Source: Paraspadella gotoi (lineage: Eukaryota; Animalia; Chaetognatha). Taken from it: 64,000 bases of DNA. How positions within the stretch are numbered: position 1 is the first letter of the stretch; each line of letters begins with the position of its first letter. Positions 30,444 through 39,920 of the stretch are shown piece after piece. The notes beneath the pieces are model-generated. The model saw nothing but the letters and a program-made list of their open reading frames with translations. It was not told the DNA's origin and did no database searches. The stretch is taken from positions 13,932,552 through 13,996,551 of the forward strand of contig CM119269.1 in assembly GCA_051294375.1 (NCBI GenBank), read 5' to 3'. The translations under genes were made by a program, and so were the position numbers.

Positions 30444-31307
30444 GGGGTTTTAGAGTTTGGCTTTGAGAGTAGAAGCGTAAGAAAATGCGAGAAAAGTGTA
30501 GAGAACTAAACTGGAGGTTTGGTTAGTGTGAATCGGTTGATCCAAGTGAGTGAAAAGTGAAACCACGAGAAGATATTATTAAGGTGGTCGAAAACGAAGG
30601 TGATAAAATCGGATATCTGGCTTCATAGTCTATCAGGTTTGGTACACGCTTACCAGCCCCCTCCCCCACTGAATATACGACACCATCCCTTCATGACAAT
30701 TTCCTCTTTCATCACAATTCAGTATACATTTCAATTCACATCTTCTCCCCCCCCTGTCCCATTCAAACTCTGCAAATCTTCACGCAAATCTTTTTTCTCT
30801 CTCCCTCATTCACCCCGACATTTCACACTTCACCCTTCGCACTTCACCCCATCGCCTTCCTTTGAAGTCATTCACCGGATTTGGCTTAAGACTAAAAGCT
30901 TTTGCCACTCGAAAGTAAGGCGTCGTCCTTTCGTGCTGCATCGCCCTGAAGCAGCTGAAAGCAACAGGCGCAGCTTTCGCTCTGCCGCTGAGAAAATCGA
31001 TGCGAAGGTTACGTAAAGGTACTGCTAACATTGTCAAAGACATTTCCTCATTCCGCATTGTAATACACAAAATAAAAAAAATTCATGTAAAATGTACAAA
31101 TTCGTACATAGCTTTATTTGTAATGTAGTGTAAATTCATTTTAAAAAACTACGAATAAATCGATAAAAAAAATATCACATGATTTAAGGATAAAATCAGA
31201 TTTGCCAACTAAATTAATATATGACAAATACAAATTAAAAAAATAATTTTTTTTAAAATCGTAAAAAAAAATCTATTTCTGGCATCAGCGCCATTCAGCG
31301 GTCGGCG

Positions 31308-34300
31308 TCAACAGGATCCTAAGCATATGGAATAGTTGCAAAAGACAAAAGACGTCTTGGACCTGTTGAACTGGAACATCCTGAAGAGAAAGGTGGTGTC
31401 GTTGGCGACCGTCTCGGGGACATAATACCCGCCGATCGCCTCGTAGTTCGTTTCGGAGACGATGGGGGCGAAGTAGGCAGCGCTGGTCGACGATCCGCTC
31501 GAGTCGGGCGTGCTCCAACACTCGGTCAACTTGAGGCCAAGCGACGTCGCTAAGACGGGATCCACGACGGAGACGGCGCCGCCAAACACGGTGTTGGTCG
31601 TGACCGCGACGCCGGACGAAGACGCGGCGTCATTCACGATCGCCGATTTACAGATCGAAGAAAAATCGGCGCCGCAATGAAGACGAGTCTTGGAAATACT
31701 GATGGAAGCTAGGACCGGCGCTACTTTGATGGCGCCATCGATGGGATCGAGCGTGGCTGCGCCGGCGACGCTTTGGAGGGAGCTGTTGTTGGTCAGGACG
31801 CAGGAAACGTCGTAGGTTCGATTCAGCTTCGCCGTTCGACTGTTGACGAAGAGCTTGAAGGAGTAAGTGAGTTCGGAGTGTTGGACCGGCGCATAGGTGG
31901 TTGTGGCCGGGGGAGCGGTCTCGACCGTGCTGGTGGCGTCGGTAGCGGTACCGGTGGAGCATCGAGAAAGGTTCGGCATCGTGATGGCCAAGCTACGGAG
32001 GTCGGTTCCATCGGACGCGGAGTTGGTGAGATTGGAGTTTTTGTAGTATTCCACGGAGAAACAGTGATCTAAGATGAAGATGATTTTTAATGTAACTTAT
32101 ATACGTACGTACTACGTAGTGATGCTATATCTTAAAACTTATTATCTAATTTACTACTATTAATAAAGTAGACGAAGTAAGAAAATCCTTACCGGTGATC
32201 GTGCAAAGGAAATTCAAAACGTTGGAACAGTTGGTCGAACCCCAGGAGCCGCCCACGGTTGCTAAGCAACTTCGGTTGCCTTCGACGTAATTTCCCTCAA
32301 TTCCACTCCAAAATTCGGGCCCTACTGGTTCTCCCGTCACCCAAAACCTAAACGAATAAATGTTAATATTACATATTAATATTACATTAATTATTAAATT
32401 TATTTTCAATCTTTTTTTCAATTTATTTTCAATCTAAATTTATTTTCAATCAATAAGAAACAGATGCTGACCGCAAAGCGACATGAGCAAGAGAGAGAGA
32501 GAGAGAGAGAGGAGTTACAAAAAATGTTATCGGCAGTCTTTATTTTAATTTATCCCTTTCAAAATCCCAGTATTGACCCAAAGCCCTCTATTGGACCCAA
32601 TCATTTTTACCATGCCACGACATCGCTACGCCTCGCACCGCGCGCCTGCCACGCCCCCTTCGCTCACCAATTATCTTTCCCCTCCGGGCCCCCGTCAACG
32701 CTCAGGTTACGCTTGGCGCCGATCCACATCGGTCCCGCCGACGCGAACTGCGCGCCGACGAAAAACCACTGTGTGGGCGAGAGTAATTTTGACAGGGTGG
32801 CGCCCTCGGAGGCGCAGGTCGACGCCGCCGACTCGAAGGTCGCCGAAGATAAATGGAATTTGTAAAAGATGCCGGTGGAAGCGTCGTATTTGTAAAAGTC
32901 GGGGATGCCTTCAGGACGTTGAGAAATGGGAGTGGGTGATGGCCGATGGAGGTTGAGAAATGGGAGTGGGTGATGGCCCATGGAGGTCAGAAACGGGAGG
33001 GTAAGGAAAAGAAATTGAGAAAGATTGAGAATAATCCTTGGCTTCTGTCAAACTATTTGCATTTAGTTTACTTCTCAAAAAGAAAACTTCTTCTAAAAAT
33101 AGATGTAATAAATGAAATAAAAAAACGTGATTAATGATAGCCATTTATATATTATTTATTATATAATCAATTAACACTTAATGAGAATAATAAAGTGTTA
33201 AATTATTACGGTTAGAATACGACCGAATTATAACATTTCAATTATTTTAACATCTAAAACAAAATCAATAAAATATTATCCACGACTGATAGACCGACCA
33301 GCGCTATAGCCTAGGTAAGTTTCCGATACGAAACCGAAAAAAAAAAACTTACCCAAACGAACTTCCCTCCACATTCGAACGTCGTCGATGGCGCATGAAT
33401 TTCCCGCGATGACAGCTTTGCATCTGATGCCCCACGATTCGTACGAGCCTCTCGCCTCCGCGGGAACCTCCCACTCTTTGGCCTCTCCCGCCGAGGTGAA
33501 GTTGGAGCCTGTGGTGGCGGCGACGTCGACGGACAAGACGATCGTCGAGTCGACCCCGTTGGCGGCGATGAGATCGAACGAGGTCGGGGACTCGGACGGG
33601 TTCCCGTCGGAGCGAGAGGAGAAGCCGAATCTTTGGAAAGGGAAGAGTGTTACGAAAATTATTTTAAATTACTTATATATTAAGAGAGAGTATGTTACAC
33701 CTAAGATATAATTTATTATCTATAAGTTAGCTTTTTCATCATTACCGAGTCACTGTGACGAATCCAGGGAAATTATACCAGACTTCCTGGGGCAACGCGA
33801 ACACGATGCCGTAGGAGACCCAAGGGACGCCGTTGGCGGCGAATGCGTTGGAGGCGTTGAAGGAGTTGAGCTCGGAGGTGGCGTGAGATAAGCCGCCGGA
33901 GAATGTGACAGGGGCCGTGGTGGTGTCTTCATTGAATTTGAAGGAGGAGTTGAGGAAAAACCAATTTAGATGAAAAGTTAATTTTTTTTTTAAATTCACC
34001 AAATACATTTAATTATTTCATCAAATACATTTCATCATATACTCACTAGTGCAGCAATTCTGCCCCTCGCTGTTTTCAATTTGAAATAAATGAGATCCAT
34101 TGGTCCCAAGCGTGTCGTCAAAGCGGAGACGACCGCGGGGCGTCACCTCGATACGCAAACTCTTTGTTGGATCGCCATAAATTGGCAACGATTGAGCACA
34201 TGATACCTAAAATTTCAAACCAATATATAGTTAGAAAAGGGTACCAACAAATAGTTTCTAGATTCGTGAATAAAAATAACACTTTTACCCGAATGTTCAG

Positions 34301-34378
34301 TGGCGAATAAAGTGCAGAGGAAATAGAACCGCATGAAATCTCAATTAATAATATCGAGAGAATGTTCACGAATATCAT
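31308..34378 (-). CDS. Gene D: paralogue of gene C (split ZP-N with F5/8C-like + C-type lectin insert, then ZP-C); 621 aa, 7 exons
   Basis: Exons 34378-34289 (MIFVNILSILLIEISCGSISSALYSPLNIR), 34206-34047, 33926-33746, 33630-33353, 32908-32668, 32347-32193, 32068-31308. The sum is 1866 nt, an uninterrupted frame with GT-AG introns. Motifs ATS..NASNAF..W..LPQEVWYNFP..FGFS..SPTSFDL..KEWEVP..WGIRC; TFESAASTCASEGATL, MWIGA, WFWVTG; LTECWST, FRMFQF, VFCNYSICLGSC*. Confidence 0.9.
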
Positions 34379-34623
34379 TTTGTTTGAAGATATAAATAAA
34401 AGCTTAAAAAATAAAATGTAACGAAACTAAAAAAATAGATTAAATTTGCACACATGGTGATTTGTGTGGCGGTACACTTGCCACAAATGCATAATTTTCC
34501 ATTTTTTGAAAAAAACGTAAAAAGGTAACTAAATCAACCTAAGCCTAATTATTTGGTCAAATGAATAATATAGGCTAATGAAGCCTAAAAGTATAAGCGA
34601 TCAACGACTAAAATCTAAAATAT

Positions 34624-37104
34624 CTAGCAAGTACCAAAACAAATGGTAAAGTTACAGAAATAAAACATTTCTGTTGCGTTTTGAATTTGAAACATCTTAA
34701 AAAGAAAACTGGTAGAATTAGATACAGAAGAAGGAATAAAGTATTCACTCAAATTGTTAAATTTCGTATCTTGTAAAACTGGAACAAACTGAGAAGATTC
34801 CAAGGAGATACCACTGGGATCAGTTGTCACCCAACATTCATCCAAATCTATTCCCAGATTTGAAGCCAGAAAAGGATCTGATATTCGAGCTGAACCCCCG
34901 TGAACTGTTCCAACAGTGACACTGGCTGAGTTGTCGTCAACGACACACGATTCAAACTTTGTCTCGCATTTCACTTTATTCTTAGTAAAACCAATCTTTG
35001 CAACTGTGGGGGATATCGGGACTGGATCAACTACGGGATTCAGTACAAGACGCGCAACATTGGATTGACTGTTGCTGTTATTCTGAAAATTGCAGGTCGC
35101 GGTGTAGCTACGATTTAATGTCGCAGTGAGACTATTGACAAATATAGTATATTTAAAAATATGTCTCGTTGACTCAGTAATATTGTTAAACACAGTCAGT
35201 GCTGAAGCACATCTTTCCAAATTAGGAATCTGAAGTTGAAAACCTTTTAAATCTGTTATATCATGAACGGAGGGAATCGTTAAAGCGGAGTCTTTGTAGT
35301 ATCTCGCCTCGTAACAAGAATCTGAAATGTAATCAAAAACTAATCATGTTTGGAAGAAAAAACAAATTTTCAATAGTTACAAAAAATAACTTACCTTTTA
35401 TCTGACAAACAAACGAAAAATTAAACTGACAAGATTGAGCCTTCCAGACTCCAGAATTATTATTGAAATGAACAGCGAGGCAGTCCTCAGTTCCGTTAAT
35501 ATCCACCGGTTCACCTTCTGCCCAATTCGAATTTCCAATTTTATAACCGTTTACCCAGAACCTAAAAAATCAAATTAATTCTAGTTGAACTAATTAAGAA
35601 TAAAATAAAGAAGATAAATAATAAATCAATAATAATAAATAATAAATAAAATAAATAGGAAACTAATTGCGCGCATGCGCAATTCTAACCAATTTCCTCT
35701 TCCATCGTCTCCGCCATCGACAGTCCTGTTCTTCTTGCCGCCCAACCACAATGTCCCCGATGATTCATAATTTGCGAACAAGTAATTCCGAACTTCGTCA
35801 GAATCGTCGACGACGAGGGAAGCGCCCTCATCGGCGCATGTCGACGCCGCGTCTTGGAACGAGGCGCCGTTTGGGTGGAACTTGTAGAAGTAGAATCGAT
35901 CGTGGCCGAAGGAAAAGTCGGAGGGAACACCTGGGATAAAAGCAGCCCGATTGTGCGACATTGTTCAGATTTCAACAACGATAACTCAAAAGGTAACCTT
36001 AAAATCGGAAAGCGTAGTAAAACCAGTTTTAAAGCAGACCCTTATACGAAATCTCGATGACCCATTAGGGCAGACTAGCTAAAAAATTTACAATTTTTAG
36101 TTTCACACGCTCAATACCCCTAAAAAATTGAAGAAAACCCATGAAAAAGATTCCTCTAAAACTCTCTCCCGAAAAATTACCGACGAGAGAAGGACGCCAG
36201 AATCGCAACTGTCGAATGATACACCTCGCGTCATCTCTTGTCGCTCGGCAAGCCACGCCCCAATGCGTGGCCGCTCCCCAGGCCTCTTCCGGCACCAGCC
36301 ATTCTTTAAACTCGTCAACTTCAAAGTCGGATCCCGTCGTCGCGCTGACGTTGACCTCCAAGACGCTCGTCCACGTGACCCCGTCGTTGGAGGCCGTCAG
36401 GTCGAAGAGGGTCGGCGAGTGATTCTCGCAGCACAGGGCTAAAGAAGAAAATCCAAACTTGGCGACGATGATCGAAGCGGGAAATCGATACCAAACGATC
36501 TGAGGGAAAACGGCGTCGAGGCTCATCCAACTTGGGTGGCGATCTGAGCGGAAAGCGTATTCGGAAAGGCCCCCGGCAAGAAGCTCGTAGCGCCGGCTTC
36601 GCCTCCAGTAGTGTTGTGATGTTCAAAGGTGCCTGGACAAAGAATAATAGGAGTTATCCGCAGGTAACCTTGGCCTATTCTCACATATGAATACGTTCTT
36701 TCTTTTACCTCTGAATCACAATTAAGTCGAAATAACATCTTGTAAATTAAAAACTAACCTGCGCAACAATTATCACCAGATGAATTTTCAATTTCAATTA
36801 GCGACGTCCCGTCTTCAGCTATTGTATCATCGAATTTTGCACGACCCCGCGGATGACTGATGTTGATTTCTAATCTTCTAATCGGATTTCCAAACTCCAA
36901 TGGAATTTGCTGGCATATTCCCTGAAGAATAAAAACAATTAAATTATAATTAGAAATATGTTTAAATAAAATTTTATTCACACTTCATTTAATGATCTGA
37001 TGCGTTTAACTTACACTTATTGTTACAGCAGAATATAGTCCAAACGTACATGTTCCATAGATTGACAAAATAAAAACATGTAAATACATGTAGAAAAACT
37101 GCAT
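34624..37104 (-). CDS. Gene C: secreted protein, split ZP-N containing F5/8C-like + C-type lectin domains, then ZP-C; ~603 aa, 6 exons
   Basis: Exons 37104-37015 (MQFFYMYLHVFILSIYGTCTFGLYSAVTIS), 36921-36759, 36632-36181 (one frameshift in a G run near 36570, probably a homopolymer error), 35930-35690, 35561-35395, 35321-34624. All introns are GT-AG and phase-compatible. CTLD motifs FYKFH..ASFQDAASTCADEGASL, LWLGG, WFWVNG, NWAEGEP..EDC..W..SC..FVCQ. ZP-C LDECWVT, FKMFQI, FYFCNFTICFGTC*. Confidence 0.85.
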
Positions 37105-37409
37105 CTTGTCTTATTTCTCGATTGACGTCATGTAAAATTTACGAGAGGTAGCTCGGCGGTTATAGCTAAAAATTAAAAACAAAAACAATTATTAATTAAT
37201 TAATTTTCATCAATTAATTTAGTTATAGGGGTAAAAGGTGACGTCAGAAAATAATGGAACAGATTCTTTGTCAATTCTCCAAACTGCCCTTTTGTTTTAA
37301 CGGGCAACAATGAAGTCAATGATAGAGATCTACTAATGTAGTACTATGAAATTAAATTCAATAGGGGCGGGGGTTCAAAACTTTAGTCTTGAAGTCTACT
37401 TTTAGGTAA

Positions 37410-37800
37410 AAAAAAAAGAATTTTTTAAAAAAAGTTCGATTTTTATGCTTTTATTGTTGCTATTAAAATTACAATATTACTATATAATGATAAAAAAGTT
37501 TTTTAATCAATCTTAACTTTTTTTGATAGATTCTGATAAAGCATAAAAAGTTAAATAAAAAATATAACTACAACTTTCAAAATTTTTTATGTTTTCTTGG
37601 TCAAAATTAAGAAAAAGTAATGAAATTATCGAAAAATGATGATGATGATTATAAATAGTTTTTCATATTTTTCACACAATATATCAAAATATCGAAAAAA
37701 GAATTATATTTTTTTGTAGACAACTTTTTGCAAGCTACCTGTATCTGATCTTTAAAATAAAAAATCCTATTTATAAATAAATATTTAAAAAATTAATATA
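37410..37800. mobile_element. AT-rich MITE-like interspersed repeat (inverted copy at 50510-50915)
   Basis: GTAGACAACTTTTTGCAAGCTACCTGTATCTGATCTTTAAAATAAAAAATCC matches the reverse complement of GGAATTTTTTATTTTAAAAGCAGATTCAAATAGCTTATGAAAAGTTATCTAC; GATTCTGATAAAGCATAAAAAGTTA matches TAACTTTTTAAGCTCTATCAGAATC. Confidence 0.6.
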
Positions 37801-37946
37801 TGGAGAATGGAGTAATATTAAAATTTTTTGTCTATTCAAATTTTTTTAAAAAATGTCTAAATTTTCGTTTGAGCAGGTGCTTAATTCAAATTTCTTAACC
37901 ACCTTACTGAGTTAGGCTCCCCCTATCAATGACACCGATAACTGAA

Positions 37947-39369
37947 TCACGGTTCCGTGAGCACGAGACTTTGACCGACGTTAGTTTTTAATAACGACCC
38001 TGCAGCGGCGTCTCTTCTCCTTCTCCGCCCCGTCGCCGCGACGCCGCAGTCTTTGAAGCAGACTTCGATGTCGCAGAAAAAGTAGACCCTTTCTCGAAAT
38101 CCCATCGTAGGTTTGATGAATTGAAAGAGGGTCACTACCAGCTCGTGATCTTTTCCGGGCGTAGGATCGAAAGAGAGAAACTTATGCATCCAAAAACTAA
38201 CTCCCGTCGGCTCCAGCAGCTGGACATTGTTGAAAGCTTCGGTATTTTGCCCGGTCTCGTCGACCGTCGCCCGACACGACCGCAAAGACGGAAACACCTG
38301 CCCGGCCAGATTGGCGTCGGCCACGCTCGCCCGCAACTTGATAACGTCGCTGGTGACGAAGTGATGGGACTCCTTCCGCGGTTCCTCGTCCGTGCAATGC
38401 AGCGTCTTGTCATTACAGCGCAGTATCGACAATCGGACGTTCAAGCGGCCTATACCCGCGGGCACGCGCTTGGCGGAAGGCACGATGGGCCCGCCGAAGC
38501 TCTCGAAGGCGACCGATTCCGGGATTTGACAACGAAGCTCGTAGACGCGGTCGACGACGCCTTCGCCGACGACCAACTTCAATAGGACGTCGGCGAATAT
38601 GGTCGCGTTTGAGGCGTCAGACGTCAGATCGGAACAAGAGCCTACGCCGATGTGGATTTTGCTGGAAAGAAGATCGGCTGAGGCATTGGCGGGATCTACG
38701 ACAGTAGCAAAGTTGTAGTCGCTATAGTAAATGACGGAGTAGGAGGTGTTGGCGCAATCGCCGGCGCTCGTCGCCGCCCGGAAGATGCTTTGATTGGTGG
38801 AGGCGTCGAAGGTCCCAAGGAGATCGTCCGCCTCAGTCGGGTCGGTGATTGAGACGACGAAGAACTCCAGACCGTTGATGGGTTCACAGGCGACCTGGTG
38901 AATAAATTATGAAATTGGTACAACCAATATAAAAATTATCTATTCATTTAATAAATAAGCTATCTTGCCCCTGACTTTGGACAGGCTTTGGTGGTTTAAG
39001 GCCTCCATCACTCTTACAAGATAATGACATAGCAGGTCCCTGCAAGTTTTCAATCAAGACTCTTTCACAGTCTCGTTTATTCACTCCCAGAGTACCTGGC
39101 TTCCCTATCAATGAAGTGGAAAATATTATGTTATTTGGGAAAAAGAAACCATCTTAGCCTTAAATAAGCATTTTAATGATAAGTTAATGGTATTTTATAG
39201 AAACTGGGATAGTAAAAGCATGAAGAATATTTTTTTAATTTTTAATTGTTTTTTTGAGCATTTTTACCTCTAATCCATAGTTAGAAACCCACGCGAAAAT
39301 CGGTGCTGCGTAAAATATACATATAAGCGAGACCATGCAAAAAAGTTTATTTTGAAATGATGGACTCAT
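37947..39369 (-). CDS. Gene E: secreted ZP-module-only protein with furin site and no TM, 349 aa, 2 exons
   Basis: Exon 1 39369-39268 (MSPSFQNKLFCMVSLICIFYAAPIFAWVSNYGLE, signal peptide, GTAAAA donor). Exon 2 38894-37947 is open throughout (VACEPING...GDCANTSYSVIYYSD...GSCSDL...YELRCQ; ZP-C LRSCRAT, LFQF, VYFFCDIEVCFKDC; RRRRRD; ends SLVLTEP*). Confidence 0.88.
38908..39127 (-). mobile_element. Interspersed repeat copy (same family as 27320-27553) in gene E intron
   Basis: Reverse-complement match to 27320-27553; the terminus ATGAAATTGGTACAACCAAT lies ~13 nt from the exon 2 acceptor. Confidence 0.7.
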
Positions 39370-39920
39370 TTTTGTCTTCTGTTAAAATAAAACAAGTGTC
39401 AGGAAACTAGAAATTCTCGACCACTTTTTTACCGATTAACAAATTTGGTTTTTATTTTTAATTGTATCTTTTCAAACAGCAGCAAACATAGACTCGGAGT
39501 GAAAAAAATGAAAAAGCTCAGATTTAGGTAAATACTTCGAAGTATGCAATATAAAAATCACACAGAAAAGTGGTCCCTGCGCTAAGCTAAAGAATAAAAC
39601 AATGATCATTGTTCAAAAAATAGTTTTTTTCACCGCATCAATCAAGATATGAATATATTATAATTTCAATATAATATAACGAATAACTAATAAAAAAAGG
39701 TCAAATTATTATATATAGTTTCGCATCTTTTTTTTTTTTAATCTTTCAATCCTACAAATTAAAAATTTCGATTTATTTCAACAAATCACCAAAATTGTGC
39801 TTTTGTGTCGATGAATTCTTTCCACTTCGTTCAATTCCTTCCGCGATGACTTTCTCAGCTAAAAGCTGTATTCGCGCGATCGTCTCTTCAGCTGTAAGTT
39901 TGTTCAGCGCGATTGCTTGC

